From Phoronis australis (Eukaryota; Animalia; Phoronida): a DNA stretch of 64,000 nt. Positions 23,402 through 37,487 of the stretch are shown here, piece by piece. The stretch spans positions 885,855 to 949,854 of the forward strand of contig NMRA01000108.1 of the NCBI GenBank assembly GCA_002633005.1. Reading direction: 5' to 3'. The notes beneath the pieces are model-generated. The model saw nothing but the letters and a program-made list of their open reading frames with translations, was not told the origin of the DNA and did no database searches. The translations under genes were made by a program, and so were the position numbers. Each line of letters begins with the position of its first letter. The first letter of the stretch is position 1.

Positions 23402-26400
23402 AAAACATTTTATTGCCGTTGGCCGTAGCTGTGCAAAGCTGTCACACGTAGATCAATACTCTTGACTAGTATTTCAGCAGAGTAACAGCGCTTCTTATAA
23501 TGTAGATACTTGTGAGCAACTTGATGCGAGAAATTTTGGCTTATGGAACAGGAATGACTTAATTTATTATTTTTCTACAATAATTCAATGTTTTAGCCGA
23601 GCTTTCTTCAGTATTTAGACAGTATATGCTATTAAGGCTGCTGAAATTTAATGCTCGCGAAACACCCGCCTTCCACTCACGTGATCACCCATAATCTCGC
23701 CAAACTCACAGGAAGCTCGCTCCACGGAACGCATCCCTAATAATACCCGACGTCCAAAGTAACTTGCAAAATTGAGAGAAAATCTAAACACAAATACTCA
23801 CTGAAACTCTGCATCATCTAATAACGCGACTTACGGCTTGAAACGGTTAAATTCCATGTGTGCTGTTCGCCCAATCAATGCAGGTAAGCTGTATACATGC
23901 CTAATCCTCACAACAGTTTGTTTGCTACAGTGTACCTCATGGGTCAGTTATGACCACTGTACAGATTTTGACTCATGGGGGAAAAATTTGAACGCAGACA
24001 AAACATGGTAAACACTTGCTGTAAAGTATACTAAGTAGATTCCTGTCATTGTTTTATCTAAAAAACTTCAAAGCAAACAAAGGATAAATGCATCACTTGA
24101 GTAATGGATACATTTAGCTGAAACCATGGAATCTCTCAAGCCCAGGTTGAAAGACAGCCATTAGTTTAGACAAGTCTACATTCTTGAAAACACATTTTCT
24201 ATAGCTTTTTATAATTTTAAATGAAACATCTAAAGAGTTTCCTATGCCAAGAAATAACACTCTTAATTGCAGCACTGACATCAAAATCGTATGCGAGATA
24301 TTGAGGAGTCAAAAGTTTGCCACCAGGGCCAGTGAAAACAAGTGGTTGCAACAAGCACCTCCACATAATATAAATTGGCCTTGAAGTTTACTCATCCACA
24401 CATGTTGACACAGGTTAATTCACCAACATAGCTTGGCAACTGTTGTAAAACAGACCCAACCTGAAACCATGACTCACTCTCTGGAATTTTTACAAGGACT
24501 TAAGTTACTGGTCCAAAACTTTAAAGGTAGATTGTCTTCAGCGAAACTTGTGAGCTGATCTCCTGCAGAAGCAAACATAGATACATACAAAAAGGTAAAT
24601 CACTCCAGAGACACCTGATCACATTCACTGGCGACCACTTTGTCAGTATGGCAGAAATTCTTTCATTTTGACACAAAATTTGGTTGAAAATTTATATTTT
24701 ATTACAATTCTCAACGAAACTAAAAAGAATGTTTTGGTTTATGTTTGTGTTGGACACAAATAAAAAAATTGCTGTGAGACAGTAAACTATGAAAAATGGA
24801 AAAACAGCAATTTCAGCAATAATCCAATCAAAAATTCTTTACCATAAGCCAGTGAAGTTGCAACCTTACATGCCACCTTACATGCAAAACCTTCGAAAGA
24901 TCTCAAGCTGAACTGGAGTGATCTTGAATTTAGGATTACGTTGTCCAAATCGCAAGACTGCAAATGCACCCTAGATTAGCAAGTCATCTTCACAGGAGCC
25001 CTGTACAGTAACACTGAAACTATGCTTAGCCCATCAAAGGTTACTCCATGGAAATTAAATTTGCCTACATCACAGTAGGAACTTCATAGCAAAGGCATTA
25101 CACAGACCACAAATTATGTTTACAAATTTGCTCATCTCAGTACCACATAAAAGTTTCTTAATCTATTCCATACCCATGTTACAAATTTGAATTTGAGCAA
25201 TAATCCGCAACACATGACAAGCTGAGACTCCCAAGCAACAGTGTATAAAAGAAAACAAAACTGTAATGTAGAGTTGTGAGCAATTTATAAATAAAATGAA
25301 GAAAATGCTATTAAAAGCCTACAAATTGGTGGTAGCCAGCACACTCCCAGTAATGAAGATGAGTTATGCAGAGTGAAAACGAAAACATACCGGGGATGAA
25401 ATCAAGATATGAATAAACTGTCAGACCTTGTTTACAAATGGGAGAACAGTTGTTTATCGATGACAAAACTAGATAGCAGAGCACATTATGAGAGTGAGTG
25501 TTTTAGGACACAAGTTTTCTGCAAAAATGAGTGAACTTAATGATTGCACAAATGTAAAGTAGTTAGCAAACACAATTGACCGAGTGTCACCCACAGTTGT
25601 CAACACTTCACCGAATTTTTATGTAACAACACGAGGTTTTGCAAATGGTAATTCCTCGCTTATTTAGCCACAAAGACAGCGAACGAGTGAAATTTCGTTT
25701 TGAATGAAAACTTCCTAGCAAAAACAAAGATTAATAAAATGCTAGCTTCATTTACCAATTGTACATTTTAGCAAAAGATGTGTGCATCATTAGTAGCGAG
25801 GTTCAATTTGCCTTTGGAATTAAGTAAGATGACAATTTTGGCGATTATTTTTGTGCTTAATACAAGTGACAAAACCACCATAAATGTGACAATAACTGTC
25901 CATTAACAAGGGCTATAGCCCCCTCCCCACTTGATTAACTTCATCAACATCCACCACTATTAAAAACCAGTTATACTATTATGGCTGCAAGAATCAAATC
26001 ATGGCCATTTTGTGCCTGAACAGCTTCAAACAGACTCAATTATCAATCATTTACTAATTATGACCATAAAACAAGAATAAAAAGTATAGCGCACTGATGA
26101 GAGTCAATGACCTATAGAGACAGACAACATTTTGAACTTCATAAATGTTGCACATTCTGAACTTTTTACATGTGGACAATGGCAGTTCAACTTAATACAA
26201 TAACAGGGTGGTGTTTACAAAATTCGTGACAGACTGGAGGTCATACTACCACCACAAGTGACAACACAAACACACTGAACGGAGTACTCACTGAGGTTCT
26301 TGCTGAAAAGTTTTTCTTCAGGCTATCACATTGTCAACTTGGGACATTTCTACACTTATTTGAAATATCAAAAACATCGCCATGGAAACATTAATTAATT

Positions 26401-28849
26401 CATTCCAGATTAGAAATCCCAAGTGTCTGGCCTTAATACATTCCATCACAACCTTCCCTCCAGGAACAACATGTAGGAACCAGTCAAGGCAAGTAGGCAA
26501 AGGTTCAGAGCAGCAGACGTCAAGGCAAGCAAGCAGACGTTCACAGAAGACCCATAATTCACAGGAGAGCCAGTCGGTATGGTCAACATCTGTCCCCCAT
26601 TTTACATGCAATATGTCCACTATCAGGCACAAACATTGACATGTATAAAAACAGAAACATGTGTTGACCAACAAGTCATCAAGAATCACGTGTGAAACAC
26701 GTTTGATCATTTTGAGATCTTCTGGAGAAAGTTGACAACAGTGGCAGGCTCTCTGTAATAAATTTATTAACTTTGAATGAAGTATGTGTCCATCATCCTG
26801 TTAAATGATCCAGGGGTGGGTTCTCTAGACAGCAAGACTTTGACACTGGCAAAAGAAGCATGATGTTGCAAAACCATGCGAGTTGAAGGGCAAGTGATTC
26901 GCAAATGCCTTCTGGACCTTTCTGTTACCTCTACCAAAATGGCGGCCTCTGAAGTGATTGGTCGGTGGGGTTAGAATGGTGAATTATGGTATAGAACTCT
27001 GTCTTGCTGTTGCATATGAGAAGATTTCTGACCAAGTGCTGCGAGTGTAGTAACAATGAAACGACCACCAGTTTCAATAACTTCGGCTGTAAGCCAAGAC
27101 TGAATAACTGACAAGATGTCCAATCCTGCACCCTAATGCAGTGTTCACACAACTTACAAAACATGGAACTTTCAATATCCTAATCCAGAAACATGCTGCC
27201 ATAGGGCTACTCACAAAACAGAGGTGAGTTCCCACTGTTACATTTTTTCATCAAAAGGTGAGGCGGTCAACCATAACCAGGGCGTTAACCGCAAAGTCAA
27301 ATGTTATCTATATAGCATTTTGTTAACAAAACAAGAAACACAACAGTATATTTACCACGCATCAGTGAATGCCGTATCCGAAACCCTAATGTTATTTGTT
27401 ATACACCCAGTAACATATTCCCAATAAACCCCCAGCTGTATTACTCTGATTTTTATAAGGATACTTTTTTACTTTCTGGCACCAAACTCCAATACTATAA
27501 AAAGACACTGGGATAATTGAAAAATTATGATAACTCCCTTCTTACTGAGTTAACACCCTGAACAGAGGCTAACGCCCGCTCACCAAAACAAACCTAGAAC
27601 ATGGCAACTCCAACATTTACAACTGTAAAGTTTAGTTTGTACCAAAACAATGTCTTACCCAGTTGTCCATAGGGAAAAATGGCAGACAAAAACACTTCCA
27701 CATGGTGCGGCCAGACAGTCGCAGCAAATCACAAACACACACTGCTTGGAGTATCCACCAACAGTGACCACTGAGTGACCAGCGAACAGAACTGAGAAAC
27801 TGTTACTGGTGTTTAAAAACAGAAGTCACAGGCAGAACAATATCAAGAGATGCACACTAACAAGATTGGCCCTGTTTGAGTGCCGGTCTTAAGACAGACA
27901 ATGGACTGTGAGAGGGTTGTTGATAGGCATTTGGAATTGGCCTATAACAAATAGCTAAGTGATGAGATATTTGGCAGGGGCATGTTGGGCTAATTTTTGA
28001 ATTATAAAACAGTTTGCCTCATAGCTCTCTCACGTTTCAGGTCTTGAAGTCCTTGCCTCATGGTGAGGTTCTCTCACAAGAAAGTGCCACTATGGAAATG
28101 CTGTCAGCTTGGGTGAGTATTTTATGCTCTAGGATATTGTCCCGAGTTGGAATATCAGGGCGTAACTCAAAGGGCTTTCCCCAAGAACCATTGCACCCTG
28201 GTGTCAGGTACGTCAGAAGAAAATGGCCCAAGCCCCTCTGTCGCACACCAATAGCTTTATATTCATATATGTGTGCTAACTGTGAGATGAATATCAGGCA
28301 TTCGCGGCCACTCCGGCATCACAATCTGGTGAAAACACCTCTTTTTTGATTTCCGTAGTTAAGTAATTAAAAATTATAGGTGGTTGCATTCCATTTAATT
28401 AAACATATGGGCGAGTACATTCCAAAGTAATTAAAAAAATTATGGGAGGTGGCCTAGGGAAATTAAACACAACCATGGCCAGTCAATTAAACTAGAACAG
28501 CTCTTACTCCAAATTGCCTTGTATTAAAAAAGCTGAGAGTGACATCATTATTTCACATCTGCGCACAATTACAGCAATTTGAGTACACACAGTTTGAAAA
28601 AATTCAGTGCACAGTTAAATTATTACACATTAATTGCCTTANCAACTGGTTTGTGGAGTAACTCGTTCTAGGGTAAGTCTGTGTGTGGAGGATACTTATG
28701 GCACATTCCATGACTACTTTGTATTTGAAGACCAATCAACCTATTGTCAGTCAATAACCCCAATAAACTTGATGAGGGCCCATTAATAACGGAAGTCATG
28801 ATCTAAATTGACCACCAGTTCTGTATAAATGGTCAAACGTCAATTATAT

Positions 28850-29270
28850 CTACAATGAAATCTTACCAATTTCAGACAAAAATAATTGCCAAAATTAGTC
28901 TTTCTCATTTTTCAAATTCTTCTAACATCGCTGTGGATTCCCACAATTTCTCCGAATCATCTGACATCAGATGATAGCTATGGTATAGAGCATTAAATAC
29001 GATATAGCATTTATTTAGTGTTACTAACTTTTTATAACGTAGAAAATATATATCTGAAACTAAATAAGGCGATCCAGATCCTCCCAAGGATACAATTGTT
29101 TCAAGAAATGAAGAATATAAATCGGTAAATAAAACAACAAGAATGGATCAACTGAAATTTGAAATTTTCGGATGTAACAACTTCCTTTGATTTATTAACT
29201 TTTTATGAAAACTTTATAAAAAATAAATTCCACTGGTCAGCCATATTGTGTCCTAAATTAGTGAGAATTT
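28850..29270. repeat. Copy of a dispersed repeat family (core GCCATATTGTGTCCTAAATT)
   Basis: Seen: blocks taattgccaaaattagtctttctcatttttcaaa, gatatagcatttatttagtgttact and gccatattgtgtcctaaatt recur inverted at 40040-40260. The core also occurs near 9585-9625, 13272-13297, 45262-45300, 60255-60285 and 63432-63470. Confidence 0.75.
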
Positions 29271-31571
29271 ACAGTGTCTTGTTCTTAAGCATGGTCACAG
29301 ATGCCAGCCATAAGAACTAGTGGATAATATTCCCAGGCCAGGAATGTGATTATCTCAAACAACTCAACAAGATACAAACCAATAATCTTGTTAACTACTT
29401 AAATAGATGATTAAAGTAAACACTCAGGAGTGTGTTGAGCAATCACTGGCCAGGTGATACAAGAATGCCACTGGGGTCTTTTCTCAACAAGATTAACCAC
29501 GGTAAAGCGGTAAAATCTCTCCTATTTAGGGACCGAAAATTGAAATGGTATTTTAACACTTTTTCCCTGCAACAATTAGTTGTAGTACATTAAATTTTCT
29601 TGCTGTTCAAGTTTCGTGCCACAGCTAACATCAGACAAAGTTTTGAAAAATTGTGGGCATTCACAGCAACGTTAGAAACCCTTGAAAGAAAAAAAAAATA
29701 AAATTTCTGCAATTATTTTTATCTGAAATTGGTGAGCATTACAGTACAAAGGTACCTAGAGAATGCCCATGAGTTTCAATAATGCAAGGCGAGGTGGCGA
29801 AAACACTACAAACTAAATTTTTTAAAATATACATTTTTGGACAATAAACAAATTGAAATGCTTATAGTAATAAAACGGTGAAAATTTGAACAAAAATATG
29901 AAATATAAACACGTGCCATACATAGAAAGTTTCACTTCCTGATGAATGAGAGCCGTCACCAACCACTGTTAAACTTATGGTTTCTTCATTTAAAATCGTG
30001 TTTACTATGAAGTTAGCTACCAATCAAGACTGAATTTGAACATTCATATTGACCAATACTCTTCAAAACCATCAATACTTCGACACTGGTGTGAAACCTT
30101 TCACATCACAGCACATTGTCGGCACCAAAACCTACAGCATGAGAGACGCATCTGGGAGGTTCTCTACCACATAATGAGTTGTGGTGCTGCCTAACATTCA
30201 AAACTCAGATGAATGCATTACCTGGGCAACAGGAAAATCAGTACCCAAGACGATACCACTTGATTGGATACTTTCCACATGGAATCTCTACACAATCACC
30301 AATGGATGCTTTTGGCACCTTCCTGATGTCACCACACCGCTCATTTACCAGTAACAAATTATCCACAAGTTAGGATATCCAACAATACTCACCCGATATG
30401 ATATCTGACAAAAGACCCACGAGTTGACAGCACGTCCCTACTAACCCCACCTATGGGAAAGTCTTCGTACCAGAAATGGGGCACCTTTTTAACTTCAGGC
30501 ATACCAAAGATGCAGGTAATTCATCTAAGACAATGGAAGTTTGCAAACAAGGAAACAACATTGAGAGCATCAGTCAATCTATGTGGTTGGTTGATGCCTG
30601 CGGACCTGTCCACAGAACAATAGCACAGAACAATAGCAAATCTCAAAAGGATTCCCCTTTTAAACAGACAACGAATGTCGTTGCACATTCAAAATCCAGA
30701 CCCGCGTAATACCAAGTAACCCGCAAAATGTACATCTGAGATATTTCCAAATAATGAAAAACTTAACCATAATAATCAGTACTGTTTTTACATACCAACT
30801 CTGCTTTCGTTTACTCTACCGAGAATGTAGCAACACCATCACAAAGCCAAAATACAGACCCCAGGTGACATCACACGGGTGCAGAGTCGCGCCATTCGGG
30901 CGACACCACAAAGTCGAAATACCTAGTAAGGCAAAATGGCCAGCAGAGATCCTTCTTGCTAGTACGCACCAGAATTGATGTCCTTACTAACCTCATCTAT
31001 AGGAGAGTGACCCTAAGACTTTTTAACACCTTGACGCTGCACCAACCAAGACTAATCAAAGTGTCAGCTTGAATCCTCAATCACAATGTATGTCAAGGGC
31101 CCTTGTAAAGTGAGAGTCCACTTAAGACTATATCCTCTTGTTCAACTATCAACAGTGCGCACAAAACAATATCCTTCACAGAATAAAATCCAACATCCAA
31201 CGCCCAAAACCAAGTTGAACATGTGGATTGCAGAAGCTCCAACCTACTGCTGTATTAGGCATCAGGGATGTCTGATGTTTATTGGTGTAGTGACCCATGG
31301 TCAACAGCTGACCAGAGACATGCTGGAGTCATACATCTAACCTGGCAAATCTGGCATATGTTCCAGTAGTGCTGGTGGATTTTGTTAAGTAAATCTCTAT
31401 GCCCCGGGTGTGAATAAAGGGAATTAGAGTATAAAATTCTTCTGAATGACACTGTAACCCTGCCTACAGTATTTCCTACTGTATATTTTCAAAACCGTAC
31501 ATCAAGGCCACAGATAGGTATACACAGCCCAATTTTAATAGAAGAATTGAAACCATCTGGATGCACAACCC

Positions 31572-31606
31572 NNNNNNNNNNNNNNNNNNNNNNNNNNNNN
31601 NNNNNN
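31572..31606. other. Assembly gap (35 N) between C runs; single Ns also at 28642 and 32998
   Basis: Seen directly. Confidence 0.99.
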
Positions 31607-32823
31607 CCCCCCATAACCAGCAATGGACAAACACCTGGGAATAAAACCAAAAAGCTATAACGCACGCCTTTGCTGCTGGCCGACAACTGATTACTGAGTA
31701 TCTATGATACGACTTCCATCAGCGGACAAGAATTCAGTAGCATTTCGGTCACGAATGATTCAAATCGAAGAGAAGTCGAAATTCAAGAGAATGGATTTCC
31801 ACACATGTCATGGGCGACTTGTTCTTGACGCAAGTCTTTAGCCATGGTAACATCAAAAATATTATTTGCGATTGTGCTTATTATAAATATTTTAACACAA
31901 CAAAATTTAATTGTGCTCAACATCCAAACTGTATTTGACAATCAAAACAACAAGAGCATCATGTAGCATTGGAAAGCACCCATGAATGCAAAGCAAATGG
32001 TGTGCTTCTAATAATGTCCTAAACTTTTGTAAATATGATCCTGACGATGTCTAATGAAAAGACAAAACGTTGAATTGAAAATGAACTTTTTTATTTGTGC
32101 GGCGATCGTCCGGTTTTTGATCTGATTGTGGCCAAAAACTGATTTAATTAATAATGTTTTTAGCATCCTAAAAATGGTCACTAGATGGCGCAGAATACAT
32201 CAAACTGTCCAAAAATGGGAGGGTGTCATTGTTGCTTAAATACAAACCTGTTTGATAAATTTCACATATATTCATCAAGGAACTCCAAAGATACCGAGGC
32301 AAATGTAAAGAAACAAAAATTGTCAATAGGCAACAGAGCGGAAGTTGAATCAGTCCGAAACTCGTGGTCATCTGTCGCCAGCTTTACAGAAACATATCTG
32401 TCAAATCTAATTACAATCCTGCAATGGGTTTAGAAGATACATTCGCAGATGCTGAACACGCGGACCCTGGAGAGAATGTCATATAAATGTGTGGCCGCAT
32501 AAAAATCCGTCTGATACTGGTACTGAACAACCTAGATACCTCCAAAAACAACAAAAACCGATCACCGGCATTCTCCATGAATCTGTCTCTGTTCAACACC
32601 CTGGCACCATGACACCAGTGACAGCTTTGTGGACATGACATTCAACAATGTTTACACAAAGTAACTGACACCTCAAAGATAATATTACAACAATGATCTG
32701 GAGCTTCCCATGGGTCCTGGTTTACTAACGTATGAACCCCCCCTCCACTTGAGAGGGGGTTCTCTCAAGAGGGGACATGTTACTCGGGTTTGTTTTGGGT
32801 CCAGGTGCTTTGGCTTTGAGGTG

Positions 32824-33246
32824 TCATCTCAAGTAGGTATCCAGATATGCATAGGACAGCAGCTGGAATAACTTGGCAGACAGAGGGCGATCATGAGGGG
32901 GGGGGCAACAGTAGTGATGGCAGTTAAGATAATGGTACTGTCTACTGTAGGCTTTTCCACTTCTTGGTAATGTCCCGGGAGCCCATTTTCCCATTAGNAG
33001 CCTACGTGATTGGTCTAATCCAGCTGCCTCTGGTTTCTCATGCCCAAACCCATTGGCTGGTAATTGGACAGTACCAGTGGCTGATGCCATTTCGTTAGAT
33101 GATGAAGGTATCTTGCCTATGAACAGAGGCGATGCGCATGGTTCATCCGAACTCCCAATCCCTGTGTCGACACTGGCGGTCTCTTCGCCAGACAAACTGC
33201 CATCTACTGGACTGCGCAGGTACTGGAAACCTACAGCCAGATTTTT
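32824..33246 (-). CDS. Candidate alternative exon, possibly terminal, KNLAVGFQYLRSPVDGSLSGEETASVDTGIGSSDEP...; phase-0 acceptor, 140 codons to TGA if the N at 32998 is one base
   Basis: Seen: acceptor gcaattctttttcag|AAA AAT CTG at 33246 opens directly in the long frame, GC is raised, and the first ~80 aa look protein-like. The 3' end is uncertain: there is an N at 32998 and no clear donor. Confidence 0.45.
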   Translation of the reverse strand, partial: KNLAVGFQYLRSPVDGSLSGEETASVDTGIGSSDEPCASPLFIGKIPSSSNEMASATGTVQLPANGFGHEKPEAAGLDQSRRXLMGKWAPGTLPRSGKAYSRQYHYLNCHHYCCPPPHDRPLSAKLFQLLSYAYLDTYLR

Positions 33247-36200
33247 CTGAAAAAGAATTGCACGTTTTACAACTTAACAGCAATCCCACTCTGGACTCAG
33301 CACCAGCTCTGTGTGGTGAGCTTCAACCACAACCACAACCAACACTGTCACTAGACCATACATCATATTCAGACTTCAAGCCAAATGATTGAGTGAGCCT
33401 CAGATTCCCAATGGCAGCGAGACTAGCAATGATCAAGCCTTTCTTTGGAACACAGTAGCACATCCACAAATGCAATAATCCAAACCACAGACACAATCAT
33501 AGCCTGCTGGTGTTGTCAACTTCTTTATGAAGACCTAATTCTAGTGCATGTTCCTCGTACATCAACATGCTATCAGTGTGGGTGTTCTGTCTTCACAACC
33601 ACAGAATAGTACAAGTGAATTCATGAATATTTTACCAAGTGGACCAAATCGAACGACCCATCTCTCATCATGCACTCTTGTCTATGACCGCGTGACCGTT
33701 TGTTGATGACTTGCATGTTTAATTTTTGTTCGAAATCATAGTTAAACTGATAGATGACAACACAGCTTTGAACTTAACTACAGAAGCCTGGGCTTATGGA
33801 GAAGTTACGAATGTTCAGTAGATATTTGCCGGAAATATATACACTGAGGAACACATTTTGATTAAAGCACATAAATTCTGTATGTTACAGAAAATTACCG
33901 GCCAAGATTAATGCTACACATCAAAATAGAAGCGACACAAATTTTAATTTATTGATGGTATGGCTACTTTGGGCACTACTTATGAAATTAGTTCCAAGGT
34001 GTTCCCAAATGGCGCATCTATTATTAATAAAAAGAAAGTGTCAAAATGATACAAACATCTAAACTGAGGTCATGTTACTACATAAACTGGTTATGCCTTC
34101 CACTCAGTGAAAACTGCAAGCATCTGGCTACAATGATCAGGACACGAGATGGAATTAAATACATTTAGACAATTATGTTTTTGGAACTAAATTACAGCAG
34201 TTGTGTCCAACGTAAAAACAAACCAATCACGTGGAGTCCATTATCTAGGGCAGGGCTCCTGATTGCAGAATAACAAAATGTAAATAACGAATCAGATAAC
34301 ACATAATGTCGCTTTGATTGGATAATCACAAACCACAATCACAATGACTTCCTGACACAATTTTGATGAGGACAATCAACAATGGAACATTTAAAAAGTA
34401 TTTTGGGATCAGAGAAAAATATGTCAATATGTGTTAACAAGGTTTTAAATATCCTACATCCCAAGTAATTTGAATAAAAGCATTTGATACCACGGCCCAC
34501 ACAAGGCACTGGAAACAGTTCAAATTTGAAAGAATTTAAGTTGAATTTTTGAAAATCAAAATTCCAAGATAGTATTACCAAGTTAAGACACATAATTATT
34601 TTTGAGAAAAAGTTAAAAATGAAATTCAACATTGTAGAGGTTTAAATGGTCAACAATATGTTTCAGGTAAAATCATACTTGGACAAAAAGATTCAACATT
34701 TATTCGCAATGACAGAAGGATTGCAGCAACATTTGGAATAGCTCGAGACAAACATAGTGAATAAACCAGCTAGCAGGGCGCCCCCTAATGTTCAGTATGC
34801 AAACCAGCATCTCTTGATGTTCCCTGTTATGCATGTCCATTAGTAATAAAAACAAAAGTCAATAGGCCGTTTGGAGGCAGGGGAAGGGGAGTGGTAAAAG
34901 TCAAGAGAGGCTTCTTCATGCAAAATGGCAGGAGAAGTGGTTGTTTATTACATGCTCAATAATCTGCAAGGTCTTGGTGAGCTTCTGTGCCCCTTGCCTG
35001 TCAAGAAAACATTAAACTCCAGATACCACAAACCAACGAAGGCACATATTCAAAAACTTATGCCTTTTCTAAAGACACAAAACATCATTCATCAACCATG
35101 TTGTATGTAAAAAACATTACTTTCGAATAAGAACCCTTACCACTATGAAACTTGATTCATGTTATTGTATGACAGTTGGATGGATTTTCTAGGCAACGGA
35201 ACTGACAATAATCAAGACTGCATAAAAATTAGCAAGCATAGACAGTGCAGATACATGGGAAAAAGCAATACAGTTGGTTGTAGGTTCAAAACAACCTGGA
35301 TCCCAGCCCAACCAAAAGATGGAGTTACTGCAGCACGAACTCCCGTGTGGCTTGCGGCTTTAACATTTTGAGAAGCAATGGCTTGCAAACACTGATGGCA
35401 ACTACAACTTTAACCATTTGAATCCGTAAAATCAATGAGGACACTTTTCTAAAGCTTCGACACGACGACGCTTTTCTAAATCTTGGACAAGGTTCGAATA
35501 TCTCTGAACTTGAAACTCGACTTTGCTGAGTAATCTTACAAAATTATAGTTGAATCGTGCAGTGGGATTGGTTAAATTCTGAGTCAGAGTTGAGTTTGAG
35601 TTTGGAGATTAGATCCTGAACGCTGTTCAACAGATAACATCAAGCAAAGAACGGAACCAAGAGCCAGATTTAGACCACACCTAGCGTACTGTAGTTTGCA
35701 GTAATCTGTTGTAACATTTATAGCTTGATCGATTAAAACAAATGCCTCAAAAAAATGGCAATTATTATCCATAAAGCGTAGCTCACACCAACTTAGTTCC
35801 TGATATATTGCAACAGGACAAGGATAGAACATGCAGGAATAACTTCCGAGGTTTTATCTTAGAAGAGGACAAAAGAATTTTTTGGGAAATCCGGCGTGCG
35901 CCTTGGGGAAATACCTACACACTTAGATCGTGCCTTCTTTACAGACTGAAAGAAAATCCAAACATTACATACAATAGGTACACCGACGGTACGTTTAATG
36001 AAATATCCTATACGACGTTTTGTACTGGTTTTATACCACGTGCGAAATTATACGGCATTGTTAATGAGTTTCAGTTTAATTTCTTTTGTCCTGGCAACAT
36101 TTTACTGTTGCCCGTCAAATTCACGTGATAAAAGGTGCAATCAAACTGTGGTGGTGATAGCGAATAGCGTTTGATTGTTAGATGTTATTTGAAGCAACAA

Positions 36201-37383
36201 AGGGAAGCAGACAAACGCACTTACATCATCATAAAATTAGCATAAAATTTTACAGTACCTTTTGATGTATAGCTGTATCAGTTCAAGGATATATTGATTA
36301 TTCAATTCGAGCAAAAAAGTAAAATTTTCCAAAAACATCAGTCGGTCCATTATTGATAGACATAAAAAGACTGTTCTTTCACAATGACGTTGTATTCCAT
36401 TTGCACAGTCAGTAACCTTTTAACCACAAAATATATGTACCTCCTTCTAGATTGTCAATACAGTTTTACCTGCTATTACAAAAACAACTGTCATTCAGAT
36501 ATGGTGGAAATTCTTCAGTTGGAGAGAAAACTAATGTCTAAAATTGACATTTTTGTTTCTATTTTTGAGAGGTTTGCAAGCATATTGTAGCTGCAGGTGC
36601 ACAAAATTTACCAAATGTTATTTTGTGACATCTACAGTATATTGTACAGACCATGTTACAAGCAAAGTAAAACTAACTGAGAAGTGATTCTTGTTCACAA
36701 ATTAAAAAAAAAAACAAATTTCAAGTGTCCACTATATTGTGCCAAAAACTGAATATTTTTGAGGCAGTGAATTCCAATTTGTAATGGAATTAACCACCAT
36801 CCGAAAAAAGTTTCTTTTTCAGCAAAAACTGTCAAAAATGTGTTCAACACTGAATGCTTTTATAGCTGTATCATGACAAATGTTTTAAAGACAGAGTGCT
36901 ATTTTTTTAAATATAGTAAAAGATCTTTTAATACGCAAAAACATTTAGACTTTGGTAGTGCCTCAGGCAGTAATTACTTACAGGGTTCCCAGATTATCAG
37001 AACCAATTTGATGCTCATCATTCAGTGGAGAAAACGGGTTTTCAAAATGTGGAACCCCTTTAGTTTACTCTTACTGTGCCTCTTTAAGTGGCGTACACAC
37101 CGTCAGTTGCCCCCAGAATGAGCTGTCATTCAGTTTAGCAGCAATGTGAACACTATGTGTGCTGGAACAGCTTGCTCTAGTACAACTCAAACCTGCACAC
37201 AAGGCTCAGTTACATCCATACATACAGGTGTCTAATCCTATAAGCATCATATTTGTCACACCTTGTAGGGTGAAGTGTGGATGCTCACCTGACCAGGAGC
37301 AAGTTGTCCCAGCGCATGATGTTCTAAGGCAACTCACAGTGTGGACATGAATTTAAACAAAGAAATCTCTCTTAACAACCGAC

Positions 37384-37461
37384 CTGTGCTTGTTGAAGAC
37401 ATGTCTCCAGCTCTTGCAGATCGCTCTCCGTCACTTCGGGTACTTCCTCTTCGTCGGACAT
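37384..37461 (-). CDS. Coding part of the probable start-codon exon, MSDEEEVPEVTESDLQELETCLQQAQ (26 codons, phase-0 donor); whole exon about 37384-37498 including 5'UTR
   Basis: Seen: acceptor ccgtttcttgtttcag| at 37498, in-frame stops upstream of the ATG at 37461, an acidic protein-like peptide, and donor CAG|GTCGGT at 37384. Inference: it joins the 21492 exon in frame (..LQQAQ|EQMLNG..) across a 15,891-nt intron. Confidence 0.65.
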
Positions 37462-37487
37462 ATCTAGCAGCCTGACATCACATCATA

